From: Deltaproteobacteria bacterium
GTDB lineage: Bacteria; Myxococcota_A; UBA796; GCA-2862545
Assembly: GCA_006226595.1 (NCBI GenBank)
Contig: SBGP01000043.1
Location: 70,832-110,831 of the forward strand
Direction of reading: 5' to 3'
DNA length: 40,000 nucleotides
Shown one piece after another: positions 14,593 to 22,552 of the stretch. The first letter of the stretch is position 1, and each line of letters starts with the position of its first letter. The translations under genes were made by a program, and so were the position numbers. The notes beneath the pieces were generated by a model, which saw only the letters and a list, made by a program, of their open reading frames with translations, was not told the origin of the DNA and searched no databases.

Positions 14593-15750
14593 CTACTGTG
14601 CCGGTGAGGGCGAGACACCGCGCTGAGCGCCCCAGCGGAGGAAGCCCTCCGGGTCGCCCTGCACCGCGGCGAGCAACTCCGCGGGGATGACCCCTGCACG
14701 GAGCTTCACCACGACCGGATCCTGCCCGAGCACCTCGGCTGCCCGCTCGAGCGTGTCCACGCTCAGCGGCTTGGCGCCGCTCTCCACTCGAGAGAGGTAC
14801 GAGTTTCCGATCGCGAGGCGGTCGGCCATCTCGCTCTGGCTGATATTGCGAGCCAGGCGCTGGGCCTTCAGCCAGGTGCCGAAGTCCTCGGCTTCCTTGG
14901 TGGGCGAGGTCTGCAGGGCCAAGCGGCCCTGGGCGTCGTCAGCGTCTTCCGCCGACCAGCTCAGGGCGGCAAAGGCCGAGTGATTGTGGATGGACTCAAA
15001 GTTCTCGGCGGCCACGTGGACCTCGTGTACGCCCTCGAGCTTGCGAACCGCGGTCACCACATCGCGGACAAGGTCCTCGACGAACTTTGGGTTCTCGTAG
15101 GCCTTCTCGGTGACCCACTTTTCGTCCTCTCGCTTGAGCAGCGCATAGAGCGGCGAGGAGCCGCAGGCTTCGACCGCCTCGACCACGTCCTCGATCCACA
15201 CGAGCTGGCGTGACCGGAGCTTCACCTGGATCAGGCTTCGCTGGTTGTGGGCACCGTACTCGCTGATGGACTTCGAGCACGGGCAGAGGCTCTTTACCGG
15301 AACGGTGACCCGGAGTTCGAAGTCCTCCACAGGCCCCCGTCGGGAAGCCTTGAAGCCGCAGTGGTACTCCATCAGCGAGCGTGCCCGGCTCACGGGAGCC
15401 TCCTTCTCGATGAAGTAGGGGAACGTCATCTCGATGAACGCGTCGTCGGCCTCCAGCTCGCGCTGGACCTGGGCGAGAATCCCGCCGATGTTCCGGATGG
15501 TGAGTTCGCCGCGCACCTGATTGAGGATCTGGACGAAGCGACTCATGTGCGTGCCCTTCTGATCCGCCGGGAGGCCCACGCACATCTCGATCTGGGCCAC
15601 CGTGCCCTGCATCTGGTTCTGCTTGTCCATGACCTGGATGGGGTAGGACAGGCCGCGGATGCCGACGCGCTCGATGGCGATTCCGCGCTCGTCTGACTCG
15701 CTCGCGTGGTCGGGAAGGTCAGCGAAGAGGTTCAGGGACTCGGACATCAT
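14593..15750 (-). CDS. folE2: GTP cyclohydrolase FolE2 (type IB) fused to a C-terminal XRE/Cro-type HTH domain, 385 aa
   Basis: Start at the ATGATG at 15750, overlapping the queE stop. FolE2 body: 'GIRGLSYPI', 'KGTHMSRF', 'SLCPCSKSISEYGAHNQRS', 'ENFESIHNHSAFA'. The C-terminal 96 aa (14593-14883) contain 'FGTWLKAQRLARNISQSEMADRLAIGNSYLSRVESGAKPLSVDTLERAAEVLG'. Confidence 0.9.
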   Translation of the reverse strand: MMSESLNLFADLPDHASESDERGIAIERVGIRGLSYPIQVMDKQNQMQGTVAQIEMCVGLPADQKGTHMSRFVQILNQVRGELTIRNIGGILAQVQRELEADDAFIEMTFPYFIEKEAPVSRARSLMEYHCGFKASRRGPVEDFELRVTVPVKSLCPCSKSISEYGAHNQRSLIQVKLRSRQLVWIEDVVEAVEACGSSPLYALLKREDEKWVTEKAYENPKFVEDLVRDVVTAVRKLEGVHEVHVAAENFESIHNHSAFAALSWSAEDADDAQGRLALQTSPTKEAEDFGTWLKAQRLARNISQSEMADRLAIGNSYLSRVESGAKPLSVDTLERAAEVLGQDPVVVKLRAGVIPAELLAAVQGDPEGFLRWGAQRGVSPSPAQ

Positions 15751-16388
15751 GGGATCCCGATGAGCTTGTGGGTCTGAAGGGACAGGCGCCATTTGGGATT
15801 GGCCAGGCAGTAGCGGGTGGCGGCTTCGATGTTGGCCGCGGTCCGTCCTTTGGCGTCCATGGGCTGCAGGAAGAAGTGCTCGAAATCGAGGTGCTCGAAG
15901 TCAGTGGGGCTAAGCTCGGGCTGAGGGTAGACGAGCTTCAGTTCGTGGCCCTCGGTCTGGACGATCTCGGAGCGAGGCTTCGGGCTCACGCAAATCCAGT
16001 CCACGCCGGCAGGAACCTTACCGGTCCCGTTGGTCTCCAGGCCGACTTCGATTCCGGCGGCGTGGCAGGCGTCGACGAGTTTCTTGTCCAGTTGGAGCGT
16101 GGGTTCACCGCCCGTGAACACCACGTAGGGGACGCCCCCGCTGCACTCCTCGTCCCAGCAGCGACGAAGGTGATGTGCGAGTTCCGCGGCATCGCGGAAC
16201 TTCCCGCCGCCCGGGCCGTTCGTGCCCACGAAATCCGTGTCACAGAAGCGACAGGCTGCGGTGCTGCGATCCTCCTCGCGACCGCTCCACAAGTTGCAGC
16301 CCGCGAAGCGGCAGAAGACCGCGGCTCGGCCCGCGTGGCCACCCTCACCTTGGAGCGTCAGGTAGACCTCTTTGACCGCGTACGCCAT
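15747..16388 (-). CDS. queE: 7-carboxy-7-deazaguanine synthase QueE (radical SAM), 213 aa
   Basis: 'EVYLTLQGEG', the cluster motif C-x14-C-x2-C ('CNLWSGREEDRSTAACRFC'), 'VVFTGGEPTLQ' and the C-terminal 'RLSLQTHKLIGIP'. Confidence 0.93.
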   Translation of the reverse strand: MAYAVKEVYLTLQGEGGHAGRAAVFCRFAGCNLWSGREEDRSTAACRFCDTDFVGTNGPGGGKFRDAAELAHHLRRCWDEECSGGVPYVVFTGGEPTLQLDKKLVDACHAAGIEVGLETNGTGKVPAGVDWICVSPKPRSEIVQTEGHELKLVYPQPELSPTDFEHLDFEHFFLQPMDAKGRTAANIEAATRYCLANPKWRLSLQTHKLIGIP

Positions 16389-16391
16389 CGG

Positions 16392-17087
16392 CTATGCCAC
16401 CGAGACGTAGCGAGTTGGGTCTGCCATACCGACTTCCTCGAAGCCATCGCGTCGGAGAATGCACGCATCGCACGTCCCACAAGCCACCCCGTCGGACGAC
16501 GGCGCGTAACAGGAGTGGGTGAGCTGGTAGGGGACACGGAGCTCGCGGCCGATGGCGATGATCTCGGCCTTGGTCTTGTCGATCAGGGGTGCATGCACGC
16601 GGATGTGCTGCCCCTCGACGCCGGGCTTGATGGCGAGGTTGGCCATGGCCTCGAAGGCATGGATGTACTCGGGGCGGCAGTCGGGGTAGCCGGCGTAGTC
16701 GAGCGCGTTGACGCCGATGAAGAGGTCGGAGGCCTCGTAGACCTCCGCCACGCCAAGCGCGTACGACAGGAAAACCGTGTTTCGGGCGGGCACGTAGGTG
16801 ACCGGAATCTGGCTCGTCATCTGTTCGAGCGTGCGCGACTTCGGCACGTCGATGTTGTCCGTGAGGGCGGAGCCGCCGATTTGCCGGAACATGCCCACGT
16901 CGAAGATGAGGTGCTCGACGACGTTGTAGTGCTGGGCGATCGCCATGGCGGCTTCGAGCTCGACCCGGTGGCGCTGGTCGTAGTTGTACGACACGACGAC
17001 CGGCTCAAAACCCTGGTCAATGGCCATCGCCAGGCAGGTGGCGGAATCGAGTCCACCGCTGAGCAGGATCACCGCACGCTTCCCCAT
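16392..17087 (-). CDS. queC: 7-cyano-7-deazaguanine synthase QueC (canonical-looking copy), 231 aa
   Basis: Trimmed to '[19 protein letters not shown]'. Also 'YNYDQRH', '[12 protein letters not shown]', 'GYPDCRPE' and the Zn site '[21 protein letters not shown]'. Confidence 0.93.
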   Translation of the reverse strand: MGKRAVILLSGGLDSATCLAMAIDQGFEPVVVSYNYDQRHRVELEAAMAIAQHYNVVEHLIFDVGMFRQIGGSALTDNIDVPKSRTLEQMTSQIPVTYVPARNTVFLSYALGVAEVYEASDLFIGVNALDYAGYPDCRPEYIHAFEAMANLAIKPGVEGQHIRVHAPLIDKTKAEIIAIGRELRVPYQLTHSCYAPSSDGVACGTCDACILRRDGFEEVGMADPTRYVSVA

Positions 17088-17172
17088 GTCGACCTCCGAA
17101 GTGGCTTGGGGTATACCGGCGTTGCCCGGTCGAGTCAACGGCCATTTTCCCTGTCAGGTCAACGGAGAGAAC
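17088..17172. promoter_or_regulatory. Divergent queC / queD control region with a direct repeat GTCAACGG x2
   Basis: An 85-bp gap separates divergent starts at 17087 (-) and 17173 (+). GTCAACGG occurs at 17134-17141 and 17158-17165, 24 bp apart. The second copy abuts the queD SD (GGAGAG). No promoter hexamers could be assigned confidently. Confidence 0.35.
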
Positions 17173-17601
17173 ATGGTCACCGTCACCCGCCGCCTCGAGT
17201 GGGACGCCATGCACCGCATCCCGCTGCACGAGAGCAAGTGCAGGGCCTTTCACGGTCATCGCTACGTGGCCGAGATCACCTGTGTGGCGCCTCAGCTGGA
17301 CGAGCTCGGCCGCGTGGTGGACTTCGGGGTCATCAAGTCGCTGGTGGGGACCTGGATCGACGACCACTGGGACCACACTGCCATTCTGATGAGTGGCGAC
17401 CCGGAGGCGACGCCGATCGCCGAGGCCAACGAGCGACTGGGGAGGCCGGTCTACTGGATGAAGGCTCACCCCACCGCGGAGAACATCGTCAGCGAGCTCG
17501 CGGGGGTCGCGCAGCGTCTGCTTGACCCCACGGGGGTGACAGTCGTTCGGATTCGACTGTGGGAGACGCCCAACGGGTCGTCCGAATGGACCCTTGGGTG
17601 A
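17173..17601 (+). CDS. queD: 6-carboxy-5,6,7,8-tetrahydropterin synthase QueD, 142 aa
   Basis: Track ORF 16984..17601 trimmed to 'MVTVTRRLEWDAMHRIP'. Zn/catalytic motif 'CRAFHGHRY', 'VVDFGVIK', 'DHWDHTAIL' and 'RLWETPN'. Confidence 0.92.
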   Translation: MVTVTRRLEWDAMHRIPLHESKCRAFHGHRYVAEITCVAPQLDELGRVVDFGVIKSLVGTWIDDHWDHTAILMSGDPEATPIAEANERLGRPVYWMKAHPTAENIVSELAGVAQRLLDPTGVTVVRIRLWETPNGSSEWTLG

Positions 17602-17678
17602 GTGCTCGGCGCCGGTCTCCATGAAGAGATGCTGCGGGTCGCTGGTTGTGCTTGGTAGCATCGCGGTCTGGAGACCCG

Positions 17679-19040
17679 ATGACCTCGAACCTTGAACTCG
17701 TTGAAGCGCTTCGCGTTTGCTGCGCTGGTGCACTGCCATCACTCGTGCGATCCGTCGAGGACGTGCATGACCTTGCGGTTTGGGGCATGGCACATCCTGA
17801 CCCGGAGGTAGCTCGCGATGCTGCGAGCTTGGCGGGATGGTTCGCCTCCGTGTCTCGGGTTGAAGCGGCGCTTCGCGAACTCGTGGCGGAGACCCTGGAC
17901 TCGCAGGTGTTGGTGGCCGCCAACGTCTCACTCGGCGAGTTTTCGGACCTCGACACGGTCGAACTTGCTGCGGCGATTGAAGACCGGGTCGACGTTGCCG
18001 CGCGTGCTGTGTGGACCACCCTCGCCTGGCACGATGAGTACGTGGACGACGCAGTGGCCATCGTGAGTGAATGGGGTGCCGTGGAGGAGTTGGCGAAGCT
18101 CGCCTGGGACTGCGGCGAGCGGGCGGAGCGCGCTGCCCCTTTGCTCGCGCGCAGGCAGGAACCGGAGGCTCTGGAGGCGCTTGAGTGCGTCCTCGACGGG
18201 GGAGACTACGCGGCTCTCTACGCACTGCGAGATGGACTCGCGCTGCGCGAAGACCCGCGTTCGATCGGGATCCTGCTCACTACCTGGGACTCAATGGTTC
18301 GGGGGGACGAGTGTGGAGCTGACTGCGCGGAAGAGGCCACTGCGCTCGTGTTGTCCCTCGGTTCGACAGCCGAGGGGCGCGATGAACTGGTCCGAGCCGC
18401 GGAAGTTTCGTCGACTGCTGTACTGGCTAGGAGTTTTCTTGCCGCGCTCGAGGGGACACCAGACACACTCGCGGAGTTTCGCTCAGAACTCGAAGGCGAG
18501 GATCCCGATCTCTATCCGGGCGCTGCGCTCCTCGAAGGCCGTGAACTGTACTGCTCACAGCTCTCGGGGCCGGACCTGCTTGAGCAGCGGCAGCCGGCGT
18601 GGTGGAGCCTTGGGAAGCGGGCCGAAGGCGACATCTCCCCCATCCCGTCGGTCCAGATCACAAAGGCCGCCTGGCGATGGCTTGAACCCGTCCAGGAGGA
18701 CCAGGAAGTCAGCGAATGGGTTGACGCGCCAGAGATCGCGACCCTCGGAGAGTTTGCCGTGCGATGGGTCGGCGCCCTACAGGACCGTGCCATCGAGAAG
18801 TTCGTGATCGAGGGCCGTGAGCAGATCGACTACATCGAGCCCATCCGCGACGCGTGGCGCGAGCTCGACTTTCCGAAGGGGGTGTTTGAGGCCTCGCCTG
18901 GTCAAGTGGACCCGGCATGGGCCCGGGCGCTCTGGCGAGCCAGCCGCATCCTTCCGGGCGATCCAGAGTGGTGGCTCGCCTGGCTGGTCTGGACCCTCTC
19001 CGAACCACACAGCGCCGTAGATTCTCGCTTGGGCGACTGA
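17679..19040 (+). CDS. hypothetical acidic protein, 453 aa (464 aa if the TTG at 17646 is used)
   Basis: Track ORF 17646..19040. The ATG at 17679 is preceded by GGAGA. The protein is helical, Leu/Ala/Glu-rich and Trp-rich at the C-terminus ('PEWWLAWLVWTL'). No recognisable domain. It lies 77 nt downstream of queD on the same strand. Confidence 0.6.
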   Translation: MTSNLELVEALRVCCAGALPSLVRSVEDVHDLAVWGMAHPDPEVARDAASLAGWFASVSRVEAALRELVAETLDSQVLVAANVSLGEFSDLDTVELAAAIEDRVDVAARAVWTTLAWHDEYVDDAVAIVSEWGAVEELAKLAWDCGERAERAAPLLARRQEPEALEALECVLDGGDYAALYALRDGLALREDPRSIGILLTTWDSMVRGDECGADCAEEATALVLSLGSTAEGRDELVRAAEVSSTAVLARSFLAALEGTPDTLAEFRSELEGEDPDLYPGAALLEGRELYCSQLSGPDLLEQRQPAWWSLGKRAEGDISPIPSVQITKAAWRWLEPVQEDQEVSEWVDAPEIATLGEFAVRWVGALQDRAIEKFVIEGREQIDYIEPIRDAWRELDFPKGVFEASPGQVDPAWARALWRASRILPGDPEWWLAWLVWTLSEPHSAVDSRLGD

Positions 19041-19062
19041 CTGCTTCTCCACCGCAGGACAG

Positions 19063-20163
19063 TCAGGTGTTCGCCTGATCCCGCACCCACCGTTGATACT
19101 GGCGAGTCAGGTGGTTCGCGAGGAGGTTTACGTCCTGGCTGGTGTTCTGCACGTCATCCCAGCGTCGCTTCACATCTCCACCGAAGTCCCAGTAGCCCTC
19201 GTTCCAGCGACAGTGAGGCTTGATCCCGGCCAAGTGGGTGGTGAAGTCCTCTTCGGTCGGCCAGCGGTCCCGGAACCCATCGGAGATGGCGTCCATCAGG
19301 AAGCCGAGGGTGACCACACCGGCGCCGTGAAGCAGACGGGACTGGCGCGGCTTCAGATCCCAAAGCTCCGGCCACGTGCGACGGACAGCCGACCAGTACC
19401 CAAACAGGACTTGCTGCATCACCGTCTGGGCCTGGTCCGTTTCAAGCAGGCGGATGCGGTACAGGACGCCGTCCGACAGGCTGTTCTCGAGGAAGCGCAG
19501 GATCGAGTTGTCCTTGATCTTGGCGCCCGGGTTCGTGGCCGTGGAGATGGCCTGGTACAGCGGGGAGTCTTCCCGATGGTTGAGGACCTCGAGGATCGAA
19601 GCGGGCAACTTCCGCTTGTCGAGGTGGCTCGGCATCCGGGCGTCGACGCCCGGGAGAAGCTCGTAGATGAGGTTCTTCGGTAGCGGCTTGGTCGAGTTCA
19701 CCAGCATGAACTGCTCTCGGGCTTCCGAGTCCGACTCGGCGACGAAGCCGATCGCGAACATCGGGAAAGTCTCGACCCTGGCCTCGCGAATCGCGGCGAT
19801 CCGCTGCTGCCCATCCACGATCCAGCCCACCTTGTCCTCGGGGTCGACCGGGACCTTCAGGACGCCATGGGTACTTGCGCCATCCGCAGAGCTACCGGTG
19901 GGTTCGAAGCGCACTCGGGAATCGAAGGCTAGCACCAGGGCGTTCGGCACCATGGGCTCCTCACTCTCCACGTACGCTCGGATCTCCGCGATGTGCTTGC
20001 GCACCTCGGGCCGCTGGTAGCCGAGCAAGCGTCCGTCCTCGTCTCGGGACACTCGGGAGACCGAGGCGAAGGTGGGAATCGACTTCGCGTCTACGCCGAA
20101 GGCGTAGATGGTCTTGCCGGGGCTCTGGCTCAACGCCAGGGCGGGGATGTCCAAGACAGTCAT
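19063..20163 (-). CDS. dpdB: DGQHR-domain (DndB/DpdB-like, ParB-fold) protein, copy 1, 366 aa
   Basis: Trimmed to 'MTVLDIPALAL...' (ATG 20163, ATGA overlap with the dpdA stop). Motifs: 'SVSRVSRDEDGRLLGYQRPEVRKHI', 'GWIVDGQQRIAAI', 'FMLVNSTKPL', 'YWSAVRRTWPELWDLKPRQSRLLHGAG'. Confidence 0.8.
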   Translation of the reverse strand: MTVLDIPALALSQSPGKTIYAFGVDAKSIPTFASVSRVSRDEDGRLLGYQRPEVRKHIAEIRAYVESEEPMVPNALVLAFDSRVRFEPTGSSADGASTHGVLKVPVDPEDKVGWIVDGQQRIAAIREARVETFPMFAIGFVAESDSEAREQFMLVNSTKPLPKNLIYELLPGVDARMPSHLDKRKLPASILEVLNHREDSPLYQAISTATNPGAKIKDNSILRFLENSLSDGVLYRIRLLETDQAQTVMQQVLFGYWSAVRRTWPELWDLKPRQSRLLHGAGVVTLGFLMDAISDGFRDRWPTEEDFTTHLAGIKPHCRWNEGYWDFGGDVKRRWDDVQNTSQDVNLLANHLTRQYQRWVRDQANT

Positions 20164-21431
20164 GTGGAGCTTTCCTCGAGTGCGGAACGGTGTGCGTGTA
20201 GCACTTGTTGGGTGTGCCAGAGGTTGTGGAAGCCTCGGCGGCGGTTCCTGTTGGCGCCGCGGAAGACGATGACGTCGATGCCGAGGTCGCGGCAGACCGC
20301 ACACGGGCAGTTCTCCCAGGGACGGTCGGTGAGGGTCCGGCGGATGCGGTCCCACCTGGACGCTCCGCCGTACAACTCCTCGTAGGCCTGGAGATGCCCA
20401 AGGGCCTCGTCGACGCTGGTCGTGCCCTCACCTACGCCCTTCACGGCGTCCTGGCACGCGCGTTCTTTCCTGAACGCCTCCTGCTGGTTGACGGCGCCGC
20501 TGCGGATGGCTCGAAGCAACTTCGAATACTTGTCGGCCTGCGGGATGCGGACGGCGGTGTAGTGGCCGAGGGGGTCGGAGGAGTAGTAGTTGTTGCGGGC
20601 ATCCTTGAAGGCCTGGCGCATCGGAGAGGCGCTGTCCAGGCTCACCACACCAGCTCGCGTGTACGCCTGGAAGTTCTCCAAGCGGGTGATGCCGAACAAG
20701 TGGAGGCGCAGTCGACCTTGGGTGACGCCCCGGACTGCCTCCAGTACCTCCAGGATCTGGTCGGTCTTCAACGGGACCAGACCCCCGAGAGCCACGTAGT
20801 CGTAGCCCATGGCGATCAGCTGCTCGACCGCGCGCGAATAGGAGCGCGGCGACCAGCCCTGGGCAATTCCAACCGGCTGGAAGTCATAGTTGCCGGCTCG
20901 GACCTTCCGCAGAAACTCGGCGGCGAGCGTGAGCGTCAGGTCGAATCGCTGCTGGAACTCGGGAGGAACGGCGTTGCCGAGCAGCCCTGGTTCATCGAGC
21001 TCTGGACTATAGGCGCCAATCATGTGGTCGACGGACACGCCGTGCGTGAACTGGCCTGCTTCGTAGAAGTCGATCACCTCGTCCACCGAGTAGGGTGGCT
21101 CCGGTAGATCTCGGTAGTTGAAGGCACCGCAGTCGCCGAGCAAAGGCCAGTCTGCGGGCTCGAACTCGGGTTGCGTCGGGAAGCGCAGGAACCGACGCGC
21201 GCCGTTCCTCATGAAGCGTAGGCGTTGGGCCTGGGTGTAGCGGCCTTGGACGCCGTCCATGTCGAGCAGGAACTTGCTGACCAGGAGGCCGTCGTACGGA
21301 CGCTCCGGCGCCATGAGCTCGTGCGCATACACGTCGTCCCGCTGCGGGATGCGGTCCCGGGGCGAGGTTTCGGTCTCGAAGTCGAAGCGAGGGTCGACGA
21401 GGTCGAGTGCGTCAGCGTAGAAAAACCGCAT
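20160..21431 (-). CDS. dpdA: DpdA, TGT-fold DNA 7-deazaguanine (preQ0) transglycosylase, 423 aa
   Basis: TIM-barrel TGT-like features: 'YDYVALGGLVP', 'LHLFGITR', 'VSLDSASP' and the Zn knuckle 'CPCAVCRDLG...NRRRGFHNLW'. It sits between DGQHR genes next to preQ0 biosynthesis genes. Confidence 0.85.
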   Translation of the reverse strand: MRFFYADALDLVDPRFDFETETSPRDRIPQRDDVYAHELMAPERPYDGLLVSKFLLDMDGVQGRYTQAQRLRFMRNGARRFLRFPTQPEFEPADWPLLGDCGAFNYRDLPEPPYSVDEVIDFYEAGQFTHGVSVDHMIGAYSPELDEPGLLGNAVPPEFQQRFDLTLTLAAEFLRKVRAGNYDFQPVGIAQGWSPRSYSRAVEQLIAMGYDYVALGGLVPLKTDQILEVLEAVRGVTQGRLRLHLFGITRLENFQAYTRAGVVSLDSASPMRQAFKDARNNYYSSDPLGHYTAVRIPQADKYSKLLRAIRSGAVNQQEAFRKERACQDAVKGVGEGTTSVDEALGHLQAYEELYGGASRWDRIRRTLTDRPWENCPCAVCRDLGIDVIVFRGANRNRRRGFHNLWHTQQVLHAHRSALEESST

Positions 21432-22552
21432 CAGGACCGGTGAAGCGCCAGCGTGTACTCGCGCATGAGGTGGTTGGTGAGAAGCCGGACGCTCTTAGGC
21501 GTGTTCTCGATTTCCTTCCAGTGAAGATCGCCCAGACCCTCCCAATGCCCCGAAGTCCACCGGCAGAGGGGTGCAACTCGGGCGACTTCGACGAGGGCGT
21601 GCTCGTAGAGACCCTCAGAGGATGGGTTTGCGCGGCCCATCACCTGGTCCATCAGTCCACCCAGGGCCTTGATGCCAGCGCCGTGCATCAGCCGGCTGCG
21701 CGTGGGCTTTAGCCCCCATGCTTCGGGGAAGGTGTCCCGGACAGCGGACCAATAGGCGATGAGCAGCGCAGTGACGGCCTCCGTGTCCGTTTCCCCCGTC
21801 GCCATGTTTCGGAATGGAAAGAGGCAGCCGCCAGGCTTGGTGAGCCGTTCCTTGATCATGTCCACCACGGCGGTGTCGTTGACGACAGCGTCCTTGCTGT
21901 TCCGCGCGGAAGGCCGAGCGATGAGGCCCTTGAACGGGCTCTCGGGGTGGCGGTTCAGCAGGTCGCAGATGGCCGACGGCAGTTTCCTCACCGACAAGCG
22001 CCGGGGCAGGTCCGTGTCCACATTCGGGAGCAGTTCGGTAATCAGCCGACGGGGCAGGGGACGCGTGTTGTTCACGCGAAGGAACTGGTCTCGCTGCGTC
22101 GCGAGGTCTCCTCCCATGAAGGCGACCACAGGGATGGGGAGGTCGGATGACTTCGTGCGCGAGAGGGCGATTGCGCGCTGCTGTCCATCCACGATCCACC
22201 CGGGCGGGCTGCTGGTGTCCGGAACGGAAATGTCGATCACGCCGCTGATCGCCAGCCCGTCGTCCGTCATCGGGCCTCGGGACTTCCGGAACGAGAGCCC
22301 CCATTCGAACGCGAGGATGATGGCGTTCGGAAATAGGACCTGGCCGGAGTCGACGTAGTCCTGAATGTCCTGGATGTGCTGACGAACCTCGTCGCGCTGG
22401 TAGCCGATGAGCTCGCCATCGTCGTCGCGACTCACCCGCGAGATGGACGCCACCTTCAGCAGCTCGTGCGGTGCGAGAGCGAAGACGTACACCGGGTGCT
22501 CATCGTGCTGCTTGAACTGCAGCGCGCGTCGCGAGATCTCGATGGGCTTCAT
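21431..22552 (-). CDS. dpdB: DGQHR-domain (DndB/DpdB-like) protein, copy 2, 373 aa
   Basis: Trimmed to 'MKPIEISRRALQF...' (ATG 22552, ATGA overlap upstream; the stop shares 1 nt with the dpdA ATG). Motifs: 'SISRVSRDDDGELIGYQRDEVRQHI', 'GWIVDGQQRAIAL', 'FLRVNNTRPL', 'YWSAVRDTFPEAWGLKPTRSRLMHGAG'. It aligns by eye with copy 1 along the whole length. Confidence 0.8.
   Translation of the reverse strand: MKPIEISRRALQFKQHDEHPVYVFALAPHELLKVASISRVSRDDDGELIGYQRDEVRQHIQDIQDYVDSGQVLFPNAIILAFEWGLSFRKSRGPMTDDGLAISGVIDISVPDTSSPPGWIVDGQQRAIALSRTKSSDLPIPVVAFMGGDLATQRDQFLRVNNTRPLPRRLITELLPNVDTDLPRRLSVRKLPSAICDLLNRHPESPFKGLIARPSARNSKDAVVNDTAVVDMIKERLTKPGGCLFPFRNMATGETDTEAVTALLIAYWSAVRDTFPEAWGLKPTRSRLMHGAGIKALGGLMDQVMGRANPSSEGLYEHALVEVARVAPLCRWTSGHWEGLGDLHWKEIENTPKSVRLLTNHLMREYTLALHRS

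Noticed and set aside
15768-17525. 585-aa plus-strand ORF spanning the queE/queC region; also 17017..18225 (-) 402 aa
   Set aside because: They lie antisense to or out of frame with unambiguous QueE, QueC and QueD coding sequences. The composition is Arg/Gly/Pro-rich with no motifs.
19037-19066. Hairpin CTGACTG-N16-CAGTCAG between convergent genes as a bidirectional terminator
   Set aside because: The stem is only 7 bp with a large loop and no U-tract, and it overlaps both stop codons. The evidence is too weak to annotate.
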